DNA of 64,000 nucleotides from Eledone cirrhosa (lineage: Eukaryota), in assembly GCA_964016885.1 (NCBI GenBank), contig OZ024742.1:353586001-353650000 (forward strand), read 5' to 3'. The notes under the pieces were generated by a model that worked only from the letters and a program-made list of their open reading frames with translations, did not search any database and was not told the DNA's origin. Position 1 is the first letter of the stretch. Each line of letters begins with the position of its first letter. Both the position numbers and the translations under genes were made by a program. Below, piece by piece: positions 44,554 through 61,654 of this stretch.

Positions 44554-45830
44554 TTATCGGAGAGGGAGGATGGTTTGTCCATCCTTTTCACTGCTTGTGG
44601 CCTCCTCCGGAAGGATGTCCTTATAAATCCTCCTGGAGAGTTTTTGTCGGAAGTCTTCGATGTCTTTGGGGAATTTTTGTTTTAGTGTCGTGTACGTTTT
44701 CTGTGTGATGCGAGTGATTTGTATGTGTGGAGGTGGTGTGAACTTTTGGTTTGCTGTGTAGTCTTTTTCTGTGATGCTGGTGTTGTGTTGGATGTAGTGT
44801 AATAATTGGTTGTTGTTCAAATTTAATGCTGTGGAGTGTCTATCGTTTTGGTTGCTGTGTTTTGTTTGCGTTTGTTGTGGGTCTGTTTCTGTTTCGCTTT
44901 TTGGTGACTTTTGTGGTGTAGATGATTGTGGTGTTGGTGTTAATGATGGTGTTGGTGTTTGTGGTGATGGGGTTGTGATGCTGGTGTGGATGGTGGTGGT
45001 GTTGGTTTTGCTACTGTAGCTGGGGTTGTTGCTGTTACAGTTGCTTCTGTTGTTGCTGCTACTGTTGTTGCTGCCATCTCTGCTGCTGGTGGTTTTGATG
45101 GTTGAGTCACTGGGGTGGGTAAGAGAGGTGGCCTCAACCTTTTAGCCTGAAGGCAGAAAGCACTTAGGTGGTTTCCTTCACCACAAACGACACACCCAGG
45201 CCTTCTGCCCTCGGCGATTACGGTGAGGTCGCTGGCGGGAGTGAGGTCTATTATCTCTGGGATCTCCTCAATGCTTTTTTGGTCTGCTTGGATCAGGAGC
45301 TCCATCCAAGATCCGGACCAGTTCTCCTGCTTTTCTTTCGCTATTTGAATTATCTTGGTGTTGGCTTCGATGCCGTCGAGGACGGCACTATTAGCCAGGT
45401 AATGCCGATGGCCGGTGGAACGTGGGTCACCCTGATCTTTACAAGTCTCTGGCCACAATAGCTTGGGACGAGTGTGAAGTCGTCACTTCTTAATGAGGCC
45501 ATGGAGTGTTATCTAGCCTCATGTGGTGTTTCAAAGAACACGTCCACGGTTCCATATTTCTGCCCACGTTGATGTGGGTTTTTTTGCCTACACATGTCCC
45601 AAAGCTTTTTGGATTTGGGACTCGGATGCCCGTTCCACTCAGCGCGATTTTATATTAATTGTTCGATAATACACGGTGCATAGGCGCCGATGCTCCATTT
45701 TCTTAGGTGTGGAGGGGGGTGGGTGAGGATGACCCTGTACCCCTCTTTCTTTACCATTTTTTGGCTCTTCTTCTAATTCCTCCTGAGTTACCTGAAATGC
45801 TTCGCACTGTTTTACTACTCTGGCAAATCT
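44554..45830 (-). pseudogene. Tx1/L1 ORF1 remnant
   Basis: Zinc knuckle CVVCGEGNHLSAFC followed by a T/P/Q low-complexity tract, directly upstream of ORF2. Confidence 0.7.
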
Positions 45831-45850
45831 CAGGGTTAAAGCATTTATCC

Positions 45851-46373
45851 TGAAAGCATTTATCCAAATGGTTTTGGTCACATTATAATCCTAGTTTTTT
45901 ACTCAGGCTGAGCTGTTTCTAGGAAAACTGACTAAAACACTCCAATTGACTTACGACTAGAGTGTTTATATGTTATCTGAACAATAGAGATGAACGTATG
46001 CCCTTTGTACTCTGCAATTTGTTGATTCGTTGATTCGAAATCATATGCTTTCAGTTCGTTAGAGGAATAACACCACACTCTGGATCTGAACATATCAACG
46101 AATTAACAAGATAAAATCTATTTCAACATTATGTTTTCCTGTATTTTTCTGTTCAAGTTCTAACTGACTGATGAGTTCACAGCTGTTGAATAACGGCTAT
46201 CACCGAAATATATATAGCAGCGAATATGAATAAACGAAGTTAATTTTAACCTGTTGACTTACACTAATTATAAGTTTCTCCGAAGTAATCAGACCCACAT
46301 GAACACTTCGTTGAGTGCTCTAATCTGCATACTGAATATCGGTAAACAACTGACACATACTCAAATTTACTTT
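45851..46373 (+). mobile_element. Non-coding HHR element (family F), left copy; HHR at 46164-46220
   Basis: CTGA-CTGATGA-GTTCACAGCTGTT GAAT AACGGCTATCACC-GAAA-TATATA-TA-GCAG; ends in (TA)n. Confidence 0.8.
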
Positions 46374-46384
46374 ATATATATATG

Positions 46385-48640
<2,256 letters not shown>

Positions 48641-48661
48641 ATGTTACTAGATATACTAATT

Positions 48662-48731
<70 letters not shown>

Positions 48732-48738
<7 letters not shown>

Positions 48739-48929
48739 GTGAGGTTTTTTTTACAAAATGAAAAATAACCGAGGTGTCCTACACGAGTGGAAGTATAAAG
48801 AAAAAGGGATGAAATCGAAAATGCAACTGAAGTCTTATTTTTTTTAAAAATATATATATTTATTTGGTTCCTTTACCGGTTTCGCAGTTCTTCTGCTTTT
48901 CAAAGTTGAGATGGAGGGTCTGTGGTTTT
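48732..48929 (-). mobile_element. Family E module, single copy; HHR at 48871-48906
   Basis: Reverse complement of about 36398-36603, same 3' end CTTTCTAAT. Confidence 0.82.
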
Positions 48930-48940
48930 AACTATATGTA

Positions 48941-49467
48941 TATATAAAGTAACTTTGAGTATGTGTCAGTTATTTACCGATATTCAGTGTGCAGGTTAGA
49001 GCACTCAACGAAGTGTTCATGTGGGTCTGATTACTTCGGAGAAACGTATAAGAAGTGTAAGTCAACAGGTTAAAATTAACTTCGTTTATTCATATTCGCT
49101 GCTATATATATTTCGGTGATAGCCATTATTCAACAGCTGTGACCTCATCAGTCAGTTAGAATTGAACAGAAAAATACAGGAAAACACAAAGTTGAAATAG
49201 ATTTTATCTTGTTAATTCGTTGATATGTTTAGATCCAGACTATGGTGTTTTCCTCTAAGGAACTGAAAGTATGTGATTTCGAATCAACGAATCAATGAAT
49301 TGCAGAGTACAAAGGGCATACGTTCATCTCTATTGGTCAGATAACATATAAACACTCTAGTCGAAAGTCAATTGGAGTTTTTTAGTCAGTTTTCCTAGAA
49401 ACAGCTCAGCCTGTGTAAAGGACTAGGATTATAATATGACCAGAACCACTTGGATAAAATGCTTTCA
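48941..49467 (-). mobile_element. Family F, right copy; HHR at 49099-49155
   Basis: Reverse complement of 45851-46373 over its whole length. Confidence 0.85.
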
Positions 49468-49638
49468 TGGCCCACAAATTCAGACTGAATATCATGGCAT
49501 TGTCGTAGATTATGTGGATACTCCACTTAGGTTTAAATACAACTATAATGAATTTATCTATGTACATATATTACCGCCGATGGAAGCACCTATGGAAGCA
49601 TCATAGCTACCATTAAACTCACAGACACACACATATAT

Positions 49639-49684
<46 letters not shown>

Positions 49685-49742
49685 ATATATATATATAGTG
49701 AAAAAGAACAAAGGAACTATTATGATATTATAACAAGTTTAT

Positions 49743-49789
49743 TGCCGACAGCCGTTTCGTCTGACCCCATGGTGGGACTTATCAAGGCA
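49743..49789 (-). ncRNA. Minimal type I HHR, U3-A8 core, apparently intact
   Basis: TGCC-TTGATAA-GTC CCACCATGGGGTCA GAC-GAAA-CGGCT-GTC-GGCA, followed at once by ATAAA; about 45 nt from a (TA)n tract. Confidence 0.85.
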
Positions 49790-50719
49790 TATAACATGTG
49801 ATTGCAAGATCATTGTTTACATCAACGTATCACTCAAGGCTAGCAGTTTGAAATTGTGGTATACATCAGCAACTCCGCTTGTGTAGTTGGGGTCTATTTT
49901 CTAAGGGGGCTCTTTTATAATAGTTGTCGGGGTCAGGGATTGAAGTATAAAAATTAGACAATAATATATAATTTACGCATCAACATTAAACCAAAAGACT
50001 TCGGGTCCCGTAGAAGCACCTTAGAAAATCCCTCAATGAGTGCATAAAGCTTACAGGCTCCAATAAACCTACTAGACTAGAAGAGGCTAATAAAATAAAA
50101 AAAATAAAAAAAATAAAAAAATAAACATATAAAGTTTCCCTAAAAAATATATAAAGTTCCTATGAAATTCCTTCTAGAGAAAAAAAAAAAATTGTTTTTT
50201 CCGAAAGAAAAAAACCTTCACCCGAGATCACGTTTACAAAATTCAGAAAACTGAATTGAAAACTAAGTTGAAAGAAACTAATCAATTAGAGGTTAATTCA
50301 GAGAGCCTTCTATAAATCTCTCAGAAAAGGCCCCTTTAATATTTCCAATAGGAACTTCTTCCGAGAGACCCTTCGAAGAATTAAAATTTTAGAGAGCCTT
50401 TAAGGATATATATAAAAACGAATTGAGGAAAACTATACATTAAAAGTTAAAAATTAAAAAATTAAAAAATTAAAAATTACGGTATTTGGGATATCCGAGG
50501 AATTTTCAAAGGGCTGCTTCAACAGATACAACTTAGGCATAATAGATACAATAATCTAAGTAATTTAAGTAATTCAATTAGGTAGCAATTCAAGGAGTTT
50601 ATCAAGTTGGGCAAGATTAAAGAAAGTGGTAAATAAGAAAATACATAAGCAAAATGACAATAATTATAAAATGTATTTTTAAGAAGGTATAAGGTAGCTT
50701 CAGTGATCTAACAGTGTAT

Positions 50720-50916
50720 TATCACAAAAAAAATTATTCTAAAATTATTGATACAGGATTAAAAATGATTACAAAATTATTACAAAATTACCACAAAATC
50801 ATTACAAAATTATCAAATCATCATAAAATTACCACAAAATTATTACAAAATTATCAAATTATCATAAAATTATCGCAAAATTATTACAAACTTATCACAG
50901 ATTTATTACAAAATTA
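50720..50916. repeat. Degenerate (ATTACAAA/ATCATAAA)-like minisatellite
   Basis: Repeating ACAAAATT units. Confidence 0.7.
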
Positions 50917-50929
50917 TTGCTTCCGCCAC

Positions 50930-51976
50930 TGCATTGGTGATATACCGTAGTCCTCGTCACACTCTCTTCAGTCCATCCAATCTCTCTTTCCGCTGTCTCT
51001 CCACACAGATCACTGAACCTGTTCCTCCCTTATACTGTGAACCTCTCCTGTAGCTTATCATCTTCCTTGAAAGCTTCCCATTCATAGATCGGTCTCCGGG
51101 CTGAGCCTTGTTCTTTCTTAATCTCACCCGGACCTCACTAATAACAAGCCGATGGTCACTACCCAGTGTACTGAAATAGTTCGATGGTTCTGTCTTCAGA
51201 ACACTATTCCCCCACTTTTTCCTCACCAGAATTAAATCAATCTGGAACTTGGACAGGTGCATATCTGAGATGTAGGTCCACACCTTCCCCAGATTCTTCC
51301 TAAAACTTAGGTTGGTCGCTATCAAGTTCCTCTCCAGCAGGGTGTCTCTCAATAGTCTTTCATGGTGTTGACAGCTCTACACACGTCCTCACGGAACTCT
51401 TCCTCACTCATATCACTGTCTGCCTCGGTGACTATAGGGTGAGATGACTGTCAGTCTTGGGTTTCCATTGAAGGTCACCCTCAACAGTCGCCGGGAGAAT
51501 GGTATTATTTCCCTCACTAACAGACTGGTTTTTGTGCTGAAAACAAACTCACTCCTCCTACTGCATTGGTCATAATCTTCACTGCCGATATGGTGATGAG
51601 CTGGCTCATCTTCCCAATCACCACACGCCACACAGACTCATCGTGTAGGTTCATGTGTTGTTGGATCGCAAGTATCTGTATACCACTCTCCTCAAACAGC
51701 TGACCCAACACCTCCCTCTTCTCCAGCGTCCGAATAGTCTTCACATTCAAAGTGCCCATTTTGACGGCTCTTTTGCAGGACAAAACTGCATTCTTTATAT
51801 TTCTCTCAGATACAGCTGATCCATTATCCACTGGCCTTCACTGTGGCTCTAAGCCAACAGAGTCATAACGACCAGACTGCTCCTTCACGGTGTAGTTAGG
51901 GGCTCTAACCCTAGCGCTGTTAGATAGAATCTCCTTATTTCTTTTCAAAGGCTGAGAATAATTTACCGTGCCACAG

Positions 51977-51978
<2 letters not shown>
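50930..51978 (-). mobile_element. RTE-group LINE 5' part (5' UTR and APE endonuclease)
   Basis: MGTLNVKT, ILAIQQH, FNGNPRLTVIS, WTY..QIDLILV..KWGNS, SDHRLV; frameshifted. Confidence 0.8.
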
Positions 51979-52023
<45 letters not shown>

Positions 52024-53759
52024 TTATATATATACGGGGTAACAGATTATTGTTATAGGTAGTCCACTTAGGTGTAGTCCAGTTAGGGTACACCGATATA
52101 TATATATATATATATATAATGTAATGTAAGTAACACTTGAGATTATATGATCTCTAAAACCTATGCATGTATGCCTGTGTAGGCTCTAAAACAATAGGTA
52201 GTAGTACGTAGCTCTTTTGAGATATTATTTATATTAATAATGTTAATATAATTCTATAAGGAATTGAAAGAAAAAATGAAATCCTGTGAAATGGGGTAGA
52301 AAAACTAAAGTTACATTATTCAGAAGAAATGGCTGAATCTAAATATGTATGCACATCAAATATATCTCTATATAATTTAAATATGACGAGAAATGTTCCC
52401 AAATATATAAATATGTTCGAACTGTAATTTACTGTTGGGTAAATTGTTTCGACTTTTACTGTTGGAAGTTGCCTTCATTATTCTATTTAAGATAACGAAA
52501 TAATATTTACTCAATACACAGTAGGATTTGTTTAGATATGGAATAATTCTGTGGCTATGAATGACAAATATTGAAATTAAATCTTCAATCGAAAAATAAT
52601 AAAACATTTAGTAAAACATGCCAGGTAATATGTTAAATGAATGATGTCATCAGCCGCTTTCCAATCTCGAATCTCCAAGATTCCACGATGCACACTAATA
52701 AGGTGGTTAACATAACGTTTGTTTTCTTTTGTGATTTTTTTCTCTCTTTGCCGAGCTTATGGAATGTAGCTTTTTATATCAAATACATCTATATTGTTTT
52801 TCGTCAGAAATATAGCAACATTAAGAGCTAAGATCTTCAGAGTAAATTTAATATAAAACAACAAATTTAAAATAATTATTCCAAATTATATAATTTATTC
52901 CACACCAAATTACGCTTATCAATATCACTATTGTGAATGTCCAGAATATATCAAATCTGTTTTGATAATAGCAGCAATACTCTGATTATAGAAATTAGTA
53001 TTTGATTAACTATTAATATCTTCGTTATTCAAACCTCCTGTTCACTGTTTCGACATTGAGACATTTCTGTCTGCTACACATTCTTAGTTGATATACCGTA
53101 ATATCTAATGTTTTTGTTAATGTATATTGTTGAAAGATTGCCTTTATGCCACAATTATCGCAGAATAATTATGTTCATATATTATAAATAGCTATTTTTA
53201 GTAGAGTGAAATCGCTCCAAACTCGTTAATTTTCTATCATTTCTATTAGAATTATTAACCAAACCACGTTTGCAACAAAGAACGTGTCGTTTTTGTGGTT
53301 TAGTCACGTTTTAATTGAAATGTTCGTATAGAAAATATAGAAATCTAATTTCACACATCTTTACAACTTTCACAGATACTTATATATTGTCACAGAAGTA
53401 ATCACACTCTCATTTGTTACATTCTATAGGATCACTTACAATGGAGTTTCTATGTACCCCAGCAGTTTTTCAAATAATTCAGTTTTGATTAATATTAACT
53501 TTATATATCGAAGACGTCATTTCACTATCATGTAATCGTAGAACATGTATATATGAGTATTTTTGTCCTGGGATTTCACCACTTAGTCAATGCAAATATT
53601 ATTTAAATTCTACTTCGGTATTGATTACACATTTACAATAACATAATTACATATATGTCTGATTGTTTGTGTGGCTGATTATGTATTCATATGTCGAAAC
53701 AAACATGCAGACTATCTCGTACACTCATACACACACACAAACACACGCATACACATACG

Positions 53760-53883
<124 letters not shown>

Positions 53884-55603
53884 GATTGAAATAGTATCAA
53901 ACTCCTCACATCATTATTCAACAGGTTACTCGATACATGGAATAGTAGAGTATGACTATATTAGACAGAGTCGTGCTAGTTACTGGCTCAGTATATATAT
54001 GTATATATATGTACAGAGAGAGAGAGAATAATATTCAAACAGATATAAAGATGGGTAAGCATTCGTACAATATAGGTTATATTATTGAGGGGAAATTGAT
54101 ATATACATATGTATAACCATGTCAAGCACAGTAAATTCACCTGCGACTATAAAGTTGCAGACACGTAAAAATAGAATAACTATCTTTGGTATGGTCCTTA
54201 TTACTGTATTTCTATGATATTCTTCCGTAATGTTTACAATATCTGTCTTCGAAAATGATTTCATATTAACAAAATGGACAGTACGATATGTTTAGTTAAA
54301 GAATAATTTAGCGTAGATATTTTTGGACGTTACATTGAACATATTCAAAATGAAATGCTTTTTTTTTTTCTTTATCATTTTTATTAAAACACCCCAGGAA
54401 ATAAGTTTGTATAAATAATATATCGATTGTTGCCAACCTCCATTCCTGTAAGACGCACAATAATGACATAAGTAAAACAAAACTTTCGGTAATATTTTTC
54501 TGCTTTGTTTTTACTTTTATCGACATTTTCTTTTTTGCTGAATGGTGAGTATTTCTTATTTATTTCACATGCATCGATGTTTATTCTTAATGTCTTCCAC
54601 ACAACTGCAATGAAAGCTGAAAGCTACAAATATAATTTGAAAAGTGTATCTTATTTGAAAATTCTATTTCATCTAAAATGTAGGAGATATTCCGCTCATA
54701 CTACCTTTCAAAATATACTATAATCATTTATGTCCTTTTTAAATCATGTTAATTCAATATCGTTGCATAAACAACATGGTGACGGTCAATATTACTCCTC
54801 TTCTATACTTTGCTTTCTTGCATATATAAACAACTATCATACGGTGTTGGTTGGTCTTGGAAGAAATATCATATGTCTTCCTTACAATGGGGATTGATCA
54901 AACAAATTTAGATTTTTTAAATATTTAAACCAATTTCCGAAATAACATTTAAAACACTACAAAACACTTCAGCAATTCTGGTATAGTCAATGCCTCCATC
55001 TCTCTTATTCTGTCCGCCTCTATCTATTATATGCAAACGGGGACCCACACGCAGGCCATACCGAGGCCCCGATGAACAGAATAGAGAAGGTGTTTACCGG
55101 AAGATGGTGAAAGAGAAGCGTTGGAAAAGACAATCGATGTCAGTAAGCTTACACCTTTGGATAGCCAACACCATACACATGGTGGTGATTAGGATAGTGG
55201 TCTGAGGGCCAAACACACAAGATGCCTGACTGCTACGGACTCGACCGCATACTTAAATTGTGATTCTGGAATATTAACCAGAGAAACTACTTGAAATCGA
55301 ATAGTGGAAACCAAGAGCAAATAAAATCGTATACACACCTTTATGTTGATGGTAAAGATGTGATTGTCGTTAATATTGTCTAGGCTACGTCAGTTTTTTC
55401 CCGTTAAAATATGTCTAACATTATAATATATAATTGGTATTTCTTTCCTATTTGAAATCCCATTGCTTATTACAAATCTTAGCCCTAATTTGAACTTGAT
55501 TGAAACTTGAGTTAGACAGACCCCAATCACTATAATTGGAAAGATCGTTGAAACTTACATCATATTCTATTGATACTCTGTAGGATTTTATGTTTCGTAT
55601 GTT

Positions 55604-55866
55604 GAGGTGCGTCACGTAATGGTAAGGTTTTGGGAATTATGATGATAATGTTTCAGCTTCAAATCCTGGACTAGGTTGCATGTTGTGTTGTTGAGGAGTT
55701 AAACACTGCATGTCACGTTGCTCCAGTATACTCAGCTGCAAAGGATTACGAGCAATAGCTGGGGGGTTAACCTTGCGATGGACCGTCGTCCTGTCCAGGG
55801 GTAGTCTTGTATTCTACGTCACTTCAAGCCAGAGAAACCGGGATAAACCCCAGTCTGATGAGCTCG
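55604..55866 (+). mobile_element. Second, older tRNA-derived SINE family
   Basis: B-box-like TTCAAATCC, GTTGTGTTGTTGAG segment, AACCTTGCGATGGAC..GTCCTGTCCAGGGG (V-domain-like) and GAAACCGGGATAA tail. Confidence 0.65.
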
Positions 55867-57898
55867 TGACAGTTTTTAGACGTTTAGATATTTAGATTCA
55901 TAACAAAAAAACTCCAAACATAACCATTTCACTTCATAATCTACCTGTTTCTACTTTATTTAACTAAATTGATCATCTGTTTATCATTAGCATTATTTTG
56001 TCCTGATTTTTTATGGGATCATGTATGACATTGTTACAGAACAAATGCACATATACTGTTATTGCATTAATCATTTATTGAATACTGGAATGTGTTTCAA
56101 TAATCGGCCTGTAAAATCTACACCATTAAATATTCCATTATTACACACTTCTTAATATTATCCAACGTCTTTCTTTTGATAAATTCAAAGCAAAATGAAG
56201 CTAAATGTGCCAAAACACGCATTCGTAAAATTATGTATGCACTTTCGTTTCTGAATATATGTACACCTATGTTTATTTATATACACACGTAAGAATGTAC
56301 ATATTTTCCCTTAGATAACCAATTGTAATATAAAATATGTTAGGGGAATTATTTTCATTTTGTATGGTTTAAACATTCTATATAACTCGATGATATGAAT
56401 ATTTACTTTATTAATAATTTAATTTGAAAAATATATAGAATCTTGTTTCATTTGAAGGGAAAGTCTTTTGTTGAAATGAAAGCTACCAATTGGGATCAAT
56501 CCTTTAAATAATTGTAATTAATGTAACAGAAATTTACCAAATATAGATCACCGACAATCTATAGAAATAAATTATTTACATATATATTACATACATTTGT
56601 AATGTAATGGCATATTTGAATGAAGTAATCCAGTATGTAATGATCAATTATAAATTAATGAAACATAAAATAAATGAGAATCACAATAGAAAAATGTACT
56701 AAAAAGGTGAAGGGTAATTGTTCTGAGAACCTCCTATTTATAGAAAGGCATAATATAAGAATAAATATTTTGCGGATATATGTTTATATACTAGAATGCT
56801 TCGCTACATGTAGATCAGTGTAATTAGAATATCAAATCTGAATATGTTTGAAGTACTCATAACTATATTCATAACGTTAATCGTTTAATAGTGATATCGA
56901 AAGTAAAGAAAGAAGCAAACAATAAACCGAAATAAAATGATTGCCTTGTTCGTATTTATTTTAATATTTGCTGCATCTAAGTTTCCCTTTTAAGTAATAA
57001 TTAATATCATTCAATGTATTTCATAAAATGTTGACAATTTAAATTGTATCTAATTTCAGAGAAGAGGGTGCTGTAATTTCAAGCTAAGCATAGATTCTAA
57101 ATGTATTAAAGCAAACACTACTCATTAAATTAAAGGTTTCATGAAACATCGTGCTTGTTCTGATTCGAAAAAAAAAAAAAATACAATGTAGATAAAGAGG
57201 AGATGCAGAACATAATAGGTCTGTACTTACATTTAATGAGGAATACTACTCTGATGGAAATTTCCGTACCGCGAACAAAAATATCAAAAGTACAATAATT
57301 ATCAAATACAGTGTATTAGAATATAGAGATGATGATGGTGATATTGATAAGCAAAAATATGCTTATATTGCTGATAATTTTTAACGTGGTGGAATTGGTA
57401 GGTTTCTTAGAAGGAATAACTATGTAGAAACTGAGTATAACCCAGAAAAATCATAAATAAACAAAATAGGAATACACCCACGGGGTATATAATAGAAAAT
57501 GTCTTTAGAGTAGTTGAAAATAATGAAATAACATTGAGGGGAATTCAAAGACATGAAATAGTCACAGGATAGGAGGATCAGACAGTTTGAGATATAAAGG
57601 AGTTTGGAAACGTGTGCATGGATAAGTAAAGATATAACAAAGCTAATGGCAGATCACCAGGTTAAGCACAAGTGCCCCATGTATGTGTATAAATGTACAT
57701 ATACACATGATCTAGTGGAGGTAGCAATGCATACATACAGGCATAGATAAATGAAGCACACATGAGAAGACACACATGAATGTGTACACGTCTAGTAACC
57801 ACATATATAGAAAATAAAAAAAAATGGAAAACAGAACACAATGAAGATTAGAATCACTGGAAATATGATTAAGATTGTCACTGTACGTTCGTTGAAAG

Positions 57899-57976
<78 letters not shown>

Positions 57977-59308
57977 ATATATGGATGCATCCTAGCAACT
58001 ATACGACAAATACACACACACACATATGTATATATATGTATATTTGATAACAATGGGGACAGGAACAAATGGAAAACATATTTGGGTCTTCAGCCAAAGG
58101 GTGTACGTTGCGTAACAACCTTAGGATGAGATACGTAACTTCCTCCTAGGACAAGTGATACACCCTCATCAGAAGTTCGCAAAATGTAGACTTGAGTGCA
58201 TATAAAAAACCCACAAACAACGACTGCGCATAACATATGTGAGAGTATTTCACCAAAAGGAATATATGACAGTGGGGAACATAGAGGACAATACAAATAC
58301 AGGGGACAGTGGGCGTTACAGGCATTCGAGTAAAAATTATAAACAAAAACAAATATATATATATATTGTCCAGAAAGCGACTCACCACTCGTATTTGCTA
58401 TAACGGTGGGATGTAGCAATGAAAAGATTTGTAAACAAAATAATTTGATAGATGTGAAGGTAAATAGATTGTACATAGGTGTGCAGGCGGGGGAAAAAAC
58501 GCTGAAATACAGAAATATTCTGCTGTTGCTGAATTTCGATCAGTGTTATAGATAATCATAAATCGAACTATGATTTTCATTGTCATCGAAATATTTTTCA
58601 AAATGTTCATCAAAAAGGTGTTATCAACAACCATTACTAGATTTGGATGAAACCAGATTATAAAATAGACAACATTATATAAAAGACAAGAGGTACATAT
58701 GGACCATTCTTTTTTTTAAAGTCAAACTTTCAAATTCCACAATGGGTGTGTTGGTGTGTGTGTTCGTTTTGGCGTGCGTGTGGCTGTGTGTGATTGCGTA
58801 TGCGTGTGCTAACGCAAGATGTTAAATCTCAGCAGATTAGTATATCGTAAAATTACTTAACCGTTAACTCTCCATCAATGATGGTATAGTCACTGCCTTT
58901 GTCTCTCTCGCCCATCCCATCTCTAACTATTATAAACAAATAGGGCCCACGCCCTGTCCGCTTCGCTGCCTCGCTTCAGTTGCACTTATCTTCACATGTC
59001 AGCATGCTTCTCTCTACATTGCTACCACTATTACATATACTTCCGTAGAGAATGCCTACATATCTATATCTATATAAGATGCGACATCCACCACAGGTCA
59101 TCTCTAGTAACATGAAGAATGAAAATAATGTCAGCGAGACCAACACAATATCGTATTATGATAAATAGTGTAAACATAAATCAGCTCAAACTTGATATTC
59201 ATTCGCCTTAGACTATCTTGAAACGGGCATGGGAAGTAATTTACAAATAATCATCGTGCAGTGTGCTCAATACCGAGAAATCAAAAGAGGTACGGCTGTG
59301 CCAGGCTT

Positions 59309-59379
<71 letters not shown>

Positions 59380-59421
59380 TATGTATACGTACATACATAT
59401 ATGTATACAGACGTACAGTAG

Positions 59422-59459
<38 letters not shown>

Positions 59460-59889
59460 CATATATATATATATGTACGTATGCGTTTACCGAACATTTA
59501 TTATACTGTTCGGTTTGTTAGTAACCAAACAGCCCGAATTAAACCGTACACCGTTCGGCAACCATCGTTGCCATTTTGTTCAACACTGACAAAGGAACGA
59601 TGAACTAGTTCCTGGCTTCTTAGCTGTCATAAGCACTATATACCTTCCTGTCAATCGATTGAACGTTTGAAAGTAAATACTTTCCTTATGCATATTAACG
59701 GCTGAGCAGCCTAATTTGTATATTGAGTGAGTTAGCCGGCCGGCGTAGAGAAAACGATAAGTGGAAAAAATGAAATTTCATTTCTCACTCTTAGTACGGC
59801 TGGTACTTAAATATAAGTATGTATACGTACATACATATATGTATGCAGACGTACTGTAGTATGTATATACGTACATACAAGCACACATA

Positions 59890-60267
59890 CATTTGCTGAT
59901 CTCTTTCAATATAAGGTTATTATATTCGTCCTTTTCCATACCATATAACATATTAGTTTTATCAGATTTTACCAGGATCCTCATTGTTTTTTCTAGATTG
60001 TCTATTTTATTCTTGAGGCCTTTAAGGTACTCCTGGTCGATAGTTGGTTTCTCTTGAATTTAATATTGTGTATAAAAGAGATTACTTCATTTTCAAATTC
60101 GGCAAGTAGTTTGTTGTTAAGTGGATTCTTCTTAGATTTGAAGATAAGATGGAAGTTGTAAATGGATTTATTTATTTTGTCCTTCGATTTTTTATCAAAA
60201 TGGAAAGCACGCCATCTAAGACTTCGTATAAAGGAGTCAGATTTCTCAAAGTGTTGCTTTAGATATT

Positions 60268-60270
<3 letters not shown>
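59890..60270 (-). pseudogene. N-terminal fragment of a third Naiad-type PLE ORF
   Basis: EYLKQHFEKSDSFIRSLRWRAFHF..FKSKKNP..LAEFENE..NIKFK..LVKSDKTNMLY; collinear with the family A N-terminus. Confidence 0.8.
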
Positions 60271-60350
<80 letters not shown>

Positions 60351-60427
60351 TAGATATATATATATATATATTTCGTTTCTTAATTTGTTTAGCAAGATTC
60401 TTTATCTGAAATCGTGTGTTGAAACCG

Positions 60428-60689
<262 letters not shown>

Positions 60690-61587
60690 AACGCTTAAGT
60701 TTCCAACTCACGTGTTTTTCTTATTTTCTTTCACGTCCTCACCCTCCTCCGTCTCCTCCCCACCACTTTTCATCCACACCTCCACTCTCAATGAGAGCGA
60801 ACCTAATAGCTCGCCGGACATCTGTGACAGTTAAGACTGAATGATTAGAAGTGGCGTACAGAAACATCTAACGTTCATATGTTGGTCAGTTTAAGTTATT
60901 TTGTTTGGTGGATTAATAACGAGGAGTATTTTCGCCTGTTATATAGTTGGTAGGGGTGAGCATAGCGACGAGTTAACGGTCAGGAGCAAATGTTGATGAC
61001 ATTAGCGGGGTATGGTATTTTGGCTATCCCAATGACATTTTGGTGTGTATTGTTGAGGCTGAGGTGTTGTGTGTGGTGTGGATGTGGTGGTGGTGCGATG
61101 TATGATATGAGATGAAATATTGCCTGTGTTTTGCTGATGGGTTGGGGTAGGATGTGCTGTTAAGGTTTCCTGAAAGGGGATATGCCCTACAAGGAATTAC
61201 TGAGGTGTTTCGATAATACATATACAAGATATATTCATAAATATATAACAAAATTAAATATATACATGCAAATGATATATATAATATATATAGATATATA
61301 TGTACATAGAAATGGGGAAATATGGTGTGAAGTTAGATTTGTGATGATGGGGAGTAGAGAAGGCTAGGAAAAATATAGTGTGGGAGGAAAATAAATGAGA
61401 GAACCTCTACCACACTCGCCCAGGGGAATGTGTCCATGCTTTCATACGAAAGCATGGGCACACGAGCATGAAAGCAAAGTCCACACGATCAAGGATGTAA
61501 CTATACACACACACACACGTGCGCGCACAGACACACTTGTATACATACATGTATACATAGGTACATACACACACACACACACACACC

Positions 61588-61619
<32 letters not shown>

Positions 61620-61654
61620 TATATATATATATAGAGAGAGAGAGATAGATATAT

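Larger units (their letters stand above)
40835..45837 (-). mobile_element. L1/Tx1-clade LINE, near full length, disrupted
   Basis: Two-ORF layout; 3' end AATAAA followed by an (ATT)n tail. Confidence 0.92.

Noticed and set aside
54990-55255. GC-richer island as an exon or ribozyme-bearing 5' UTR
   Set aside because: I could not assign a protein or a convincing fold by eye.
58105-58178. Minus-strand CTGATGA-GGGTG...CATCC as an HHR
   Set aside because: GAAA and stem I are missing; at best a decayed relic.
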